Notes: a model not told the origin generated them from the sequence alone. 64,000 bases of DNA from Parcubacteria bacterium C7867-008 (GCA_001189215.1 LFCR01000002.1:74677-138676); one strand, 5' to 3'; counted from the first letter of the stretch, positions 35,112-45,044 are shown. Program-made: numbers and translations.

Positions 35112-35618
35112 TTATGTTCTACGATCAGCCAGACCAGCAATACCAAGAGCAATGGCGTCTAGCTCATCATCAAGGCGCTTCTTCGGGGGAAGGGTGATTA
35201 GATGGGGGATCATTCGAGCAATAGCTGCTTTGTCTGAAGCGCCATACCCAGTAACAGCGAGCTTCACTTGTTGTGGTGCGTATTCTTGAAGAGGAATCTC
35301 TGCAGCGCCTGCTGCGGCCAGTACCGCTCCACGTGCTTCCGCCACACCAATAGCAGTTGTTTTGTTTGAACTAAAGAAGAGTGTCTCAAGTGCAAGAATA
35401 TCTGGATTGTATTCTTGTATTGCATCTGCCGTTGCTTTATAGACAACAGCTAAACGAGACTCCTTCTTACCTTTTGGTGGAATCACACAATCACTCCATA
35501 CGTGTATTGGCTTACTCGCATCTCCTTCAAGCACCGCAATACCTAATCTGTCGTACCCAGGATCAATTGCTAGTACCCGCCGAAGCTTATTCTTCAGTGC
35601 TTTCATACCCACGTGCAT
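35112..35618 (-). CDS. ruvC: crossover junction endodeoxyribonuclease RuvC
   Basis: VLAIDPGYDRLGIAVLEGD N-terminal catalytic Asp motif; downstream of yebC as in the classic yebC-ruvC arrangement. Confidence 0.8.
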   Translation of the reverse strand: MHVGMKALKNKLRRVLAIDPGYDRLGIAVLEGDASKPIHVWSDCVIPPKGKKESRLAVVYKATADAIQEYNPDILALETLFFSSNKTTAIGVAEARGAVLAAAGAAEIPLQEYAPQQVKLAVTGYGASDKAAIARMIPHLITLPPKKRLDDELDAIALGIAGLADRRT

Positions 35619-36144
35619 TCGTTACGACTTCCTGCACGTCCTCATAATCATCAAGAATCTGAAGGATTGTTGTGAGTTTTGTTTCATCGTCTCCAACAAC
35701 ATCCATAAGTGGTTCGTTTGGTGTATACCTGCCATTCGGACTCTTGGTGAATGCCCACAAGGCACTACCTGGGGTACCAAGTTCATACCCATTCTTCGAA
35801 AGGAGGTGTTTCACTTCTTGAGTAGTGCGGTTCTTGTTGTCTGTGAGGGCAGAGACAATGAGCGCTGAGCCCCCCGGTCCATAGAATTCGTACGAGACCG
35901 CATCAAGATCACCCGCTTCCTTCGAGTTGCCCTTAGCAATTGCTCGTTCAATCGTATCCTTCGGCATATTCGCTGCCTTTGCACGGTCTATAGCTGAAAT
36001 AAGGCTGGGTGAAGAAAGATTCCCATTAGCCTTCTTGGATTCAATGGTTATGAACTTTCCAAGGCGAGAAAAGGTCTTTGATTTAGCTGCATCTGCAGCA
36101 CCTTTCTGATGTTTGATCTGTGACCATTTACTGTGTCCTGACAT
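35587..36144 (-). CDS. yebC: YebC/PmpR-family probable transcriptional regulator (short form)
   Basis: MSGHSKWSQIKHQKGAADAAKSKTFSRLGKFITIESKK is the canonical YebC N-terminus. Confidence 0.8.
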   Translation of the reverse strand: MSGHSKWSQIKHQKGAADAAKSKTFSRLGKFITIESKKANGNLSSPSLISAIDRAKAANMPKDTIERAIAKGNSKEAGDLDAVSYEFYGPGGSALIVSALTDNKNRTTQEVKHLLSKNGYELGTPGSALWAFTKSPNGRYTPNEPLMDVVGDDETKLTTILQILDDYEDVQEVVTNARGYESTEE

Positions 36145-36256
36145 GAATTAACTATATCAAAAATGATTGAGGTGCCCAAAGTTCGATCCCTAGCAAGCAA
36201 TACAAATCCTAGAACTTGCTTCAGGTTGAATAACCTGTAAAGTATGAATCGGTTGA

Positions 36257-36332
36257 GGTGGGGTAGCTATAACTGGTAAGAGCGCTGCTTTTCAAGCAGA
36301 ATTCCTGGGTTCGATCCCCAGCTCCACTGCCA
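36257..36332 (+). tRNA. tRNA-Glu (anticodon TTC), CCA encoded
   Basis: Acceptor GGTGGGG/CTCCACT (two G-U pairs), anticodon loop TTTTCAA, T-arm CTGGG-TTCGATC-CCCAG, 3' GCCA. Confidence 0.7.
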
Positions 36333-36521
36333 ACCGTTCTTTAACGATTCTTTTGCGCATAAATGATGCCGTCCATGCTTGGACGGCTCTTATTTTATAA
36401 AAGAATGAAAGTTCCAACATCGCCCAGACGGCAATAATATTGAAGCGGTTTGTAGGAAGTAGATTTATATAGTGGCGCCTGTATACTGCGCCAGGAAACC
36501 AACACGGAGGCTCGAAGGAGC

Positions 36522-37001
36522 ATGGATTACCTAATCATTATACCAATCGAGCCGTTCGGCGAGCGCGATCTTTATCCCGCCGACCAGATGCTCCCTGCCC
36601 ACTGCACCCTTATGCCGTGGTTTGCTTCCAACCGGTTCATGCCAATCGATGATCTGTTGGAATGGGTGGTTGAAAGGGAAGAGCTGTTCCCCATTCAACT
36701 CATCGCTCAAGGCCGCGAGTTTTTCGGTCCAAACAACAACGTACCGGTGTGCGTGCTTACGCCCACCGACAACTTAAAGTTTCTTCACACTACACTACTC
36801 GTAACCTTGGCGCAGATGGGTATTATCCCGAAGTTGCAGTGGGTTGGTGCGGGGTATCGGCCGCACATTTCTGATACACCAACCGCTGTGTTCAAGAACG
36901 GTTTCAACGCCCAACCAAGTGAACTCGTTCTGGTTCGACGCAATGAAGAAGGAGAGAAGGTGGTTATAGGGAAGTATTCCTTCGCACCCAAGTCACTGTA
37001 G
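36522..37001 (+). CDS. 2H phosphoesterase superfamily protein (LigT/ThpR-like)
   Basis: Two H-x-T/S-x motifs (AHCTLMPW and PHISDT) at the spacing seen in 2'-5' RNA ligase-like proteins. Confidence 0.5.
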   Translation: MDYLIIIPIEPFGERDLYPADQMLPAHCTLMPWFASNRFMPIDDLLEWVVEREELFPIQLIAQGREFFGPNNNVPVCVLTPTDNLKFLHTTLLVTLAQMGIIPKLQWVGAGYRPHISDTPTAVFKNGFNAQPSELVLVRRNEEGEKVVIGKYSFAPKSL

Positions 37002-37012
37002 TTCCTAAAGGT

Positions 37013-37046
37013 CTGCCACCCACCTCAAGCGGTGGCATTCTTTTTA
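37013..37046. terminator. bidirectional terminator (TGCCACC...GGTGGCA + TTCTTTTT)
   Basis: Between convergent genes. Confidence 0.65.
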
Positions 37047-37047
37047 T

Positions 37048-38061
37048 CTAGTTACCCAAATACTCTTTTCCTTTTGGTGTAAGAATACGTCCACGAGAAG
37101 ATCGTTCAATAAATCCAAGACGTAGAAGATAAGGCTCATAGAGATTCTCAACCGTATCACTATCTTCATGTAGGGCACTTGCAAGTGCACGAACTCCAGC
37201 AGGACCTCCTTTAAATGAATCACGAAGTGTCTCAAGATAGCGGCGATCGTCTTTGGTGAGACCAAGCGTATCAATACCAAACAAGGTGCATGCCTTGTCA
37301 CAAACGGCTTTCGTAAGAGGGAGATTGTGTACCTGTGCGTAATCACGCACACGTTTAAGAAGAGCATTGGCAACACGAGGTGTTGCACGACTGCGTGCAG
37401 CAATCATATCCACGACACCATCATCAATATCCATGGCGAGTAGGGAAGCGGAACGAGAAACAATGGCACGAAGATCTTCGTCTGAATAGAAATCAAGTTG
37501 ATATACGCCGCCACCGAACCGAGAACGTAGAGGTCCTGAAAGTTGTGCTACTCGTGTGGTTGCGCCAACGAGAGTAAATGGAGGAAGTGAAAGTTCAACA
37601 GTGCGTGCACTTGGCCCTTTGCCTAAAATAATATCGAGTGACCCAGATTCAAGAGCGGGATAGAGAAGTTCTTCAATCTTGCTAGAGAGTTGATGAATCT
37701 CATCGATAAAGAGAACAGTACCTGGTTCAAGATTGGTGAGAATGGCTGCAAGATCTCCCGCGCGCTCAATCGCAACCCCTGATGTGGTCTTAACAGGAGC
37801 CTCAAGTGATTTTCCTATAAGGTGTGCAAGTGTGGTCTTACCAACTCCTGGAGGTCCATAGAACAAAATATGTTCCGGCATGTCTCCACGCATCTTTGCA
37901 GCCTCTAAAACGATATGTACATTGTCCTTCACATGCCCCTGACCCACATATTCATCCCAAACAGAGGGACGAAGTGCTGCATCGAGCGCCTGGTCTCGAA
38001 GCTTGATAGGAAGGTCGGTTTCGTTGGGGGTACTTGACATAAAAACACTGTGTGCTAGCAT
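37048..38061 (-). CDS. ruvB: Holliday junction branch-migration ATPase RuvB
   Basis: Walker A GPPGVGKTTLAHLI, Walker B LFIDEIHQL, winged-helix C-terminus. Confidence 0.9.
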   Translation of the reverse strand: MLAHSVFMSSTPNETDLPIKLRDQALDAALRPSVWDEYVGQGHVKDNVHIVLEAAKMRGDMPEHILFYGPPGVGKTTLAHLIGKSLEAPVKTTSGVAIERAGDLAAILTNLEPGTVLFIDEIHQLSSKIEELLYPALESGSLDIILGKGPSARTVELSLPPFTLVGATTRVAQLSGPLRSRFGGGVYQLDFYSDEDLRAIVSRSASLLAMDIDDGVVDMIAARSRATPRVANALLKRVRDYAQVHNLPLTKAVCDKACTLFGIDTLGLTKDDRRYLETLRDSFKGGPAGVRALASALHEDSDTVENLYEPYLLRLGFIERSSRGRILTPKGKEYLGN

Positions 38062-38283
38062 TGTATCACATGAGGGTTGGCCTCATAAGTACCTTGCCTC
38101 GCGCAAGGTAATTTCTTTTTGTTCCCGCATACCACCCTCTAGGCAAGGCTTGACGGCTTCGGGCGACTCCCCAAGGCTTATCTGGTTCTCACCTCGTAGT
38201 GAGCGCGCTGGATATCCCCTCAGGCGTTTCGACCACCGTCCTATTTATAGGACGGAGTGCCTGGAGGGTAGTGTGCAGGAAAA

Positions 38284-38316
38284 GAAAAACACCGCTTCAA
38301 ACGAAGCGGTGTTTTT
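38284..38316. terminator. terminator (AAAAACACCGCTTC-AAAC-GAAGCGGTGTTTTT)
   Basis: Perfect stem with flanking A/T runs, immediately 3' of pilB. Confidence 0.8.
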
Positions 38317-38319
38317 CTT

Positions 38320-39972
38320 TTAGAAACGAGGTGGATCAACCACTCGGAATACTTCTTCAAGAGTAGTCTGTCCTGCTAATGCTTTTATAATGCCGTCTTG
38401 AGCCATAGTCAGATATCCCTGACGCGTTGCTTGCTTTGCTATATCACTCGCAGACGGTGCACTGCGCAAGAACTCTGCAAGCTCGTCATCCATAAAGATT
38501 GCCTCGTATACACCAACACGACCCTTGTACCCTGTGCCATTAGGACCTTCTGCGCCAACTTGTTCAATAGCTGCTGGAACAAGTGTCTTGTCAGCAAGTG
38601 TAGAGAATACATGAGTGATAAGTTGTTTCTCTTCTTCTGTGGTGGGACGCATAGTGCGCGTCTCAGGATTAAGTGTACGAATGAGGCGCTGTGCCATAGC
38701 AACAGAGACCGCTGATGGAATTGTTTTAGGGTCGATACCAAGATCGAACAAGCGAGGGAATGCACCTGCGGCATCGTTGGTGTGAAGTGTGGTGAACACA
38801 AAGTGTCCGGTGAGCGCTGCCTGCACTGCAACTTCTGCCACTTCTGCATCACGAATTTCTCCCACCATGATCACATCAGGGTCTTGTCTAAGAATAGAAC
38901 GAAGACCTGCGGCAAAGGTGTAATCAGTACCATCGGTTTGAGTCTGCACAATACCGGGAAGGTGATATTCAACCGGGTCTTCAATGGTAATGATTTTTGT
39001 TTCTGGGGTGTGTACTTCCTGTAGGAATGTATAGAGCGTTGTGGTCTTACCAGAGCCGGTAGGTCCAGTGGTAAGAAGCATGCCGTTTGGGCGATGAATC
39101 TCTGTTGCCAAACGAGCAAGGAGTTTCGGATGAATACCAAGATCACCGAATGAATGATTAATCGCATTCGGATCAAGAATACGCATCACAATAGACTCAC
39201 CGTAGTTACCAGGAATAATTGATGTACGTATTTCAATCTCTGTCCCGCGCACAGCGACAGTGAAGCGACCATCTTGTGCACGACTCACCACATTCAACTT
39301 AAGACCTGAAAGAATCTTTATACGTGATTCGAGAAGGCGATAGACGTGTGGATCGAATGAATACGCATCAGTCAGCTGTCCATCAAGACGCATACGCATA
39401 CGAGCAACATTCTCTTCTGGTTCAAAGTGAATGTCTGATGCTTTCATTGCGAGTGCAGCTGATAGTACTTCTTCAAACACATGAGACACCTGTGCAGTAT
39501 TTTTTGCACTGAGTATCTGGTCCAGCTGAGTCTTAAGTCCGGCAACCGTAGAGAGGGAAGTGTCTTCTGCGCTATTGATCGTAAAGGTACCCTCCCTGTC
39601 CTGCTCTGCGTATGAAAGCTCTTTATATTTAGCAAGTCCAAGCGCAAGACTACGTTCTGAAATAAGGAATTGCTCAATGATATATCCTTGTGCATCAAGC
39701 TCGGTAAGAAGCGTACGAGCGGCATCAAGTTCAACACTGCGTAGTGCAATAGATATATGCTTACCGTTTTTATCAAAGGCAACAGCCTGTGCGCTGCGTG
39801 CATCAGCTTCTGGTATGACGCGGAGCGCATCGGCATTTATGGGAATAAGGGATAGATCCGTGTATGGAATACCATACTTTTCCGAGAGGATGCGGGTCAG
39901 GTCTTCCTCCTCCTGCTCACGAAGGTGGGCAAGTTTTTCATTCTCAGCATCGGTATCAAAATGAGCAGGCAT
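38320..39972 (-). CDS. pilB: type IV pilus assembly ATPase PilB (GspE family)
   Basis: Walker A TGPTGSGKTT, Asp/His boxes, GEIRD, N-terminal GspE-N domain. Confidence 0.85.
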   Translation of the reverse strand: MPAHFDTDAENEKLAHLREQEEEDLTRILSEKYGIPYTDLSLIPINADALRVIPEADARSAQAVAFDKNGKHISIALRSVELDAARTLLTELDAQGYIIEQFLISERSLALGLAKYKELSYAEQDREGTFTINSAEDTSLSTVAGLKTQLDQILSAKNTAQVSHVFEEVLSAALAMKASDIHFEPEENVARMRMRLDGQLTDAYSFDPHVYRLLESRIKILSGLKLNVVSRAQDGRFTVAVRGTEIEIRTSIIPGNYGESIVMRILDPNAINHSFGDLGIHPKLLARLATEIHRPNGMLLTTGPTGSGKTTTLYTFLQEVHTPETKIITIEDPVEYHLPGIVQTQTDGTDYTFAAGLRSILRQDPDVIMVGEIRDAEVAEVAVQAALTGHFVFTTLHTNDAAGAFPRLFDLGIDPKTIPSAVSVAMAQRLIRTLNPETRTMRPTTEEEKQLITHVFSTLADKTLVPAAIEQVGAEGPNGTGYKGRVGVYEAIFMDDELAEFLRSAPSASDIAKQATRQGYLTMAQDGIIKALAGQTTLEEVFRVVDPPRF

Positions 39973-40022
39973 ATAGGTGAATACCCGAATAATAGCACCA
40001 CCTTACGGCCCATAACCCCTAT

Positions 40023-40051
40023 TGACTTTTATATATTTATGGGGTATATTT
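40023..40051 (+). promoter_or_regulatory. sigma70-like promoter (TTGACT - 17 nt - TATATT)
   Basis: AT-rich, precedes RBS GAGGAG and ATG 40094 of the GC-rich gene. Confidence 0.5.
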
Positions 40052-40093
40052 GAATCTGAACAAAAACCACTCGAATCTCGAGGAGACCGAGCA

Positions 40094-40972
40094 ATGACCT
40101 TTCGATCGGCCTTTATGGCCTCAATTATTGCGACTATCAGCGTCTTCGGCGCTGGCCAGGCACTGGCGGGCGATCACGCTTCCAACACCTGGTACTACGA
40201 GAAGATCCGGCAACCCGGCGATATGCCGCGCCCGAGCGCCCGCAACCTTCCCCCGACGCCCGCGGCCGGCAAGGTGAACCTCTTTGGTTGCAAGACCAAT
40301 GCGGACGGCGACTGGGAGATCAAGACGAGCTGGTTCGGCGAAAAGTACAACTGCGACTACTTCATCTTCGACGCCTCGGCGGTCCAAGGGAAGGTGACGC
40401 AGCAGCAACTTGTCGCTGCCACACCGGCCGTGCAGACCTCGGTCGTCGATGAGCTCTGCTTCACCGACCGACCGTTCTGCACGCTGCGTTCGGATCAAGA
40501 ACCCCAATATAACGGGAAATACGATCCGTACTACCAGAAGAGCCCGACCGAGTGCGTAGTCGGCGGGCAGACCTGCAAGTGGATCAACACCAAGATCCGC
40601 GGACCGAACTGGAAGCCCGAGGAAGTTCAACAGCAGTTGAGCACCCCGGACCCCTGTCGGTTCGACCGCAAGAACCCTGTCCCCATCGTTTTGATGGAAC
40701 CGGGTGGCGGATATCGGATCGCATGCGCCAGCGAGAAGTATGTCCGTGACATGCACTCGCGGTACGGGCCGGCTTACGGTGTCAGCTATCCGGGCCAATT
40801 CCGCGGCCCGGGCGACATCGGCTTCGGCTTCTACTTCGGGAGCGCCTGGAACTACGGTTCTGGGCGACCCTATCACGAGTATCGCCCGAGTTCGTGGGAC
40901 GGCCCGAGCGTCTGCAGCCGCAATGGCGAGTATCGCCAGAACGGCGGACGCGCCTTCACCAGGGGCTGCTGA
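40094..40972 (+). CDS. secreted Cys-containing hypothetical protein encoded in a GC-rich island
   Basis: Start set at ATG 40094 (MTFRSAFMASIIATISVFGAGQALAG signal peptide); coding region visibly about 60% GC with GC3-rich codons, against about 48% surroundings. Confidence 0.55.
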   Translation: MTFRSAFMASIIATISVFGAGQALAGDHASNTWYYEKIRQPGDMPRPSARNLPPTPAAGKVNLFGCKTNADGDWEIKTSWFGEKYNCDYFIFDASAVQGKVTQQQLVAATPAVQTSVVDELCFTDRPFCTLRSDQEPQYNGKYDPYYQKSPTECVVGGQTCKWINTKIRGPNWKPEEVQQQLSTPDPCRFDRKNPVPIVLMEPGGGYRIACASEKYVRDMHSRYGPAYGVSYPGQFRGPGDIGFGFYFGSAWNYGSGRPYHEYRPSSWDGPSVCSRNGEYRQNGGRAFTRGC

Positions 40973-41007
40973 CAGCAATACTGAACCGCATGGTTCGAAA
41001 CTCAAGG

Positions 41008-41047
41008 TGCCCGTTTCTCCTATCACAGGGGGACGGGCACTTTTTCT
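41008..41047 (+). terminator. GC-rich rho-independent terminator (GTGCCCGT...ACGGGCAC + TTTTTC)
   Basis: Follows stop of GC-rich gene. Confidence 0.7.
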
Positions 41048-41071
41048 ATTCAAGAGTACAATTTCTATACT

Positions 41072-41524
41072 ATGGATTCTGCGCCGAAGAACCTTGGAGA
41101 TCTTGAAGCACTGCAAGCAGAGGCTGCAGAGTTTGCAAAAACACTCTCACCAAATACTGAGTTCGCTACACTCGTTACCCTTTCAGGAGAACTAGGAGCA
41201 GGGAAGACCTCTTTCACCCAAGGTCTTGCTCGTGCACTTGGAATAACAGAATCAATCACCAGCCCGACGTTCGTACTCGAGAAGATATACGAACTTCCCA
41301 AAAAAGCAGCACAAGGATTTGAAAGACTCATACATATAGATGCATATCGTCTGGAGGAAGCTCCAATGCTCAATCCACTTGGCTTCCATGAGTTTATGCG
41401 AGACCCGAAGAACCTAATTGTTCTTGAGTGGCCAGAGCATGTATATGAGGCGGTACGAACTGCACAGTATCAAATCAAACTCGCTGTTGGTGAGGGGAAT
41501 ACTCGAGACATCATATATGCCTAA
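41072..41524 (+). CDS. tsaE: tRNA threonylcarbamoyladenosine biosynthesis protein TsaE
   Basis: P-loop GELGAGKTSFTQGLARALGI and SPTFVLEKIY. Confidence 0.8.
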   Translation: MDSAPKNLGDLEALQAEAAEFAKTLSPNTEFATLVTLSGELGAGKTSFTQGLARALGITESITSPTFVLEKIYELPKKAAQGFERLIHIDAYRLEEAPMLNPLGFHEFMRDPKNLIVLEWPEHVYEAVRTAQYQIKLAVGEGNTRDIIYA

Positions 41525-43928
41525 AGCACCCACAAAGAAAGTTGAGAAGAAAAAGAGACTTGTACTCTTAGATGCGCACGCAATTATTCATCGTGCGTAT
41601 CATGCGCTTCCAGACTTCACTTCTCCGACAGGTGAACCAACAGGCGCACTATACGGATTGTCTTCCATGCTCCTGCGTATCATTCAAGATCTTAAACCAG
41701 ACTATCTTGCGTCTTGTTACGATCTTCCAAAAGCAACATTCCGTCATGAAGCCTATGACGCGTATAAAGGAACACGAGTATCCCTAGACGATGCGCTTGC
41801 AAAGCAACTCAACACATCACGCAAAGTGTTTGAAGCATTTTCAATACCCATCTATGAGAAGGAAGGATTTGAAGCAGATGATATGCTCGGCACTATTTGC
41901 GAGCTTACTCGTGACCAGAAGGATCTTGAAATCATCATTGCGTCTGGAGATATGGACACACTTCAGCTTATCGAGAAGGGGCGTGTAAAGGTATACACCC
42001 TCAAGAAGGGAATAAACGACACCATAATCTACGATGAGAAATCTGTAGAAGAACGTTATGGATTCGCACCAAAGATGGTCGCGGATTATAAGGGCCTGCG
42101 CGGAGATCCGTCCGATAACATCATTGGTATCCCGGGAGTTGGTGAAAAGACCGCAACTGAATTGATTCAGAAGTTTGGAACAATTGAAGATATTTATAAA
42201 AAGCTAAAGAAGAACGAAGCATTGTTCACTGAGCAAGGAATCAAACCGCGTATCGTTGCACTTCTTAAGGAGTACGAAGAAGATGCACTCTTCTCAAAGA
42301 TGCTCACCACTATTCGTATTGATGCACCAATCGTATTCCGTCTCCCGGAAGCTGTGTGGCAAGACGGCAGCGTACTTCCAAAAGTACTTGCACTCTTTGA
42401 TGAGCTTGGATTCCGTACACTGCGTGGTCGTGCACGTGCACTCTTTGAGAAGGGAGACGGGTCTGTTGAAGAAACAGACCCTGAAGTACTGGTAGAGGAG
42501 AAAGATATAGACCCAACACGACTTCAAGAAGCACAGGTGATGGTGTGGCTCCTTGCTTCAGATCTCACCAACCCAACACTGGATGACATTCTCGCGTACA
42601 CAAAAGCACAGACATTCGATGCTGCATATAAAACACTCCAAACAAAGATTGATACTACTGGTCAGTTAGATGAGGTATATCAGAACATAGAAAAACCACT
42701 AGTGCCGGTACTCCGAGCAATGGAAGCACATGGTGTGCTTATTGATCAAGAGGCGCTAGGAACACTCGGGAAAACATATCGTAAAGAACTTGAAGCAGTG
42801 GAGAAACGTATTTTCAAAGTGGTGGGTCACGAGTTCAATATCAGCTCACCAAAACAACTCGGTGATGTTCTCTTTGATGAACTGCAACTCAAGGCACCTG
42901 GATCTAAGGCCCAGAAGAAGACTTCAACAGGGCAGCGTTCTACTAAAGAATCAGAACTTGAGAAGCTACGCGAACACCACCCCATTATTGAAGATATTCT
43001 TGAATACCGTCAGATACAGAAACTTCTGGGTACCTATATAGATAACATCCCACCACTTCTAGATGCTGAGGGTCGAATCCACCCCCAATTCATACAGACC
43101 GGTGCCGTTACTGGCCGCATGGCAACCACAAACCCAAGTATTCAAAACATTCCGATACGTACCGAGCGTGGCCGTGCGATTCGTCACGCATTCATTGCAC
43201 CAAAAGGATTTGAACTCATTGGTCTCGACTACTCCCAGATAGAACTACGTCTTGCTGCAATACTTTCAGGTGATGAGAAGCTTGGTGATATCTTCCGTTC
43301 AGGTAGAGATGTGCATCGTGAAGTTGCTGCTGCAGTCTTCGGAGTAATACCTGAGAATGTAGATCCTGAAATGCGACGCCGTGCAAAGATCATTAACTTC
43401 GGCATTCTATACGGCATGGGCGTTAATGCCCTTAAGGCGCAACTCGGCACGAGCACTAGTGAAGCACAGCAATTCTACGAGGATTATTTCCGTACCTTCA
43501 ATCGTCTCGCAGAATATCTTGAAGAGACACGCGGTGCTGCACGACGCCAAGGTTTCACTGAAACATTGTTTGGTCGTCGTCGAGAATTCTCGGGTATTAA
43601 ATCTTCACTTCCATTTGTACGTGCACAAGCAGAGCGCATGGCGATTAACGCACCAATACAAGGAACACAGGCGGACATCATAAAGATTGCGATGGTGCGC
43701 ATACAACAAATGCTCACTGATGAGAACGCTTTGGAAGACGCGCACATGCTTCTTCAGGTACATGACGAACTAGTGTTTGAGATACGTGAATCGCGTAGTC
43801 GTGAACTGGCGCAGAAGATTCGTGAAATTATGGAGACGGTAGTACCCGAAGATCAGACACTTGGTATACCCCTACTAGCCCAACCGAAGATAGGGAAGAA
43901 CTGGGGAGATATGCAGGCTCTAGACTAG
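41517..43928 (+). CDS. polA: DNA polymerase I (5'-3' exonuclease + polymerase; no obvious 3'-5' exo domain)
   Basis: Start set at ATG 41517 (overlaps tsaE stop by 8 nt); N-terminal 5'-nuclease LVLLDAHAIIHRAYHAL; C-terminal family-A motifs RRRAKIINFGILYGM and QVHDELVFE. Confidence 0.9.
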   Translation: MPKAPTKKVEKKKRLVLLDAHAIIHRAYHALPDFTSPTGEPTGALYGLSSMLLRIIQDLKPDYLASCYDLPKATFRHEAYDAYKGTRVSLDDALAKQLNTSRKVFEAFSIPIYEKEGFEADDMLGTICELTRDQKDLEIIIASGDMDTLQLIEKGRVKVYTLKKGINDTIIYDEKSVEERYGFAPKMVADYKGLRGDPSDNIIGIPGVGEKTATELIQKFGTIEDIYKKLKKNEALFTEQGIKPRIVALLKEYEEDALFSKMLTTIRIDAPIVFRLPEAVWQDGSVLPKVLALFDELGFRTLRGRARALFEKGDGSVEETDPEVLVEEKDIDPTRLQEAQVMVWLLASDLTNPTLDDILAYTKAQTFDAAYKTLQTKIDTTGQLDEVYQNIEKPLVPVLRAMEAHGVLIDQEALGTLGKTYRKELEAVEKRIFKVVGHEFNISSPKQLGDVLFDELQLKAPGSKAQKKTSTGQRSTKESELEKLREHHPIIEDILEYRQIQKLLGTYIDNIPPLLDAEGRIHPQFIQTGAVTGRMATTNPSIQNIPIRTERGRAIRHAFIAPKGFELIGLDYSQIELRLAAILSGDEKLGDIFRSGRDVHREVAAAVFGVIPENVDPEMRRRAKIINFGILYGMGVNALKAQLGTSTSEAQQFYEDYFRTFNRLAEYLEETRGAARRQGFTETLFGRRREFSGIKSSLPFVRAQAERMAINAPIQGTQADIIKIAMVRIQQMLTDENALEDAHMLLQVHDELVFEIRESRSRELAQKIREIMETVVPEDQTLGIPLLAQPKIGKNWGDMQALD

Positions 43929-43988
43929 TCCTTTTCTAGGACAGGAGTATCATTATCTTTGGTGTTAACACTTGTTCGGGGGTGATTT

Positions 43989-44135
43989 ATGACGTCAGTT
44001 CCTGTCTCGAATCAAGCTTCGCATGCCCCGCTCTGGCCAAGAGTTGTGGTCCCGCTGCTGCTGGCTTTGGCAATGTGGGGTTTCGTCGGCGTCGGGTTTG
44101 TGGGCCTCTGGCTCAAAATCCACGGCTAGGATGAG
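43989..44135 (+). CDS. possible 48-aa hydrophobic ORF in second GC-rich fragment (low confidence)
   Basis: ATG 43989 ... TGA 44133-44135, MTSVPVSNQASHAPLWPRVVVPLLLALAMWGFVGVGFGGPLAQNPRLG; GC-rich like the 40.1-41.0 kb island; followed by GC hairpin 44152-44177. Confidence 0.25.
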
Positions 44136-44201
44136 ATCCCGCAACTATTAGAAGGCGCTCCTCACCGGGCGCCTTCAACACGTTCGAGATACAATACGAA
44201 G

Positions 44202-44858
44202 GTGATATATCTTTTCCACGGCTCAGATACAAATAAAGTACGCGCCAAGGCATTCCAGTGGGTGGCAGCTACTCATGCAAAAGCACCAGATGCGTACTAC
44301 GCAAGATTGGACGCGTCGTCAGTTTCACCTGAAGCCTTACAAGAAGCACTTTCAACACAAGGTCTATTCTTTTCTAAAACCCTTATCCTGATCGATGACC
44401 CTTTCTCAGAAAGTGCAGCCGGGGAAGCAGTTCTTGAATCACTTGCTGAACTCGCAACATCTCCTAATGCGGTTGCCATACTTGCACCAAAACTTCTCGC
44501 AACACGATTAAAGAAAATAGAACCGCATGCTGCTAAAGTATTCGAAGTTAACGTAACGGAGAAAAAAGTAGCACGTGGATTTAATAGCGGACTCGTAAAC
44601 GCACTTGGTGAGAAGAATGGTGCAAAACTCTGGCAAGAAATAGAGAAAGCTCGGCGTGTTGGTGATGCGCCTGAAATGATTCATGGACTACTGCACTGGA
44701 AAGCACGGGACATTATGCAGAAAGGGAAGCGTGTGTGGACTCATGAGGAAGCACGAATACTTTCGCGTGATCTTATCGAACTACTTTCAGATTCACGATC
44801 AGGAGACCTCCCACTAAACCTTTCATTGGAACGTTTCGCGCTCTCGCTTCACGTATAG
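44202..44858 (+). CDS. holA: DNA polymerase III delta subunit-like protein (short HolA)
   Basis: MIYLFHGSD N-terminus and overall pattern resemble HolA N-terminal domains; follows polA. Confidence 0.45.
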   Translation: MIYLFHGSDTNKVRAKAFQWVAATHAKAPDAYYARLDASSVSPEALQEALSTQGLFFSKTLILIDDPFSESAAGEAVLESLAELATSPNAVAILAPKLLATRLKKIEPHAAKVFEVNVTEKKVARGFNSGLVNALGEKNGAKLWQEIEKARRVGDAPEMIHGLLHWKARDIMQKGKRVWTHEEARILSRDLIELLSDSRSGDLPLNLSLERFALSLHV

Positions 44859-45044
44859 CCTTTACGCACGACGCCGGAGGTTGGTATCAATAATTTCTTT
44901 CTTCTCCTCCAAGGGCTTGGCTTGTGCTTTGAACGCGTCAAGCTTTTCTTTTGCAGTGCTAGCTTCGCGCGCTTTATCCACTCTTGTATAAAAAGAAGCC
45001 GCCCGATGTTGCTCAGGCGAGCTTCGATCAGGCGGGCAAAATGT

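Noticed and set aside
40121-41195. Antisense and alternate-frame ORFs 40121..41116(-), 40704..41195(+), 40552..40749(+), 40894..41106(+)
   Set aside because: These are artefacts of high GC (few stop codons). The plus-strand frame with a signal peptide, promoter, RBS and terminator is the coding one.
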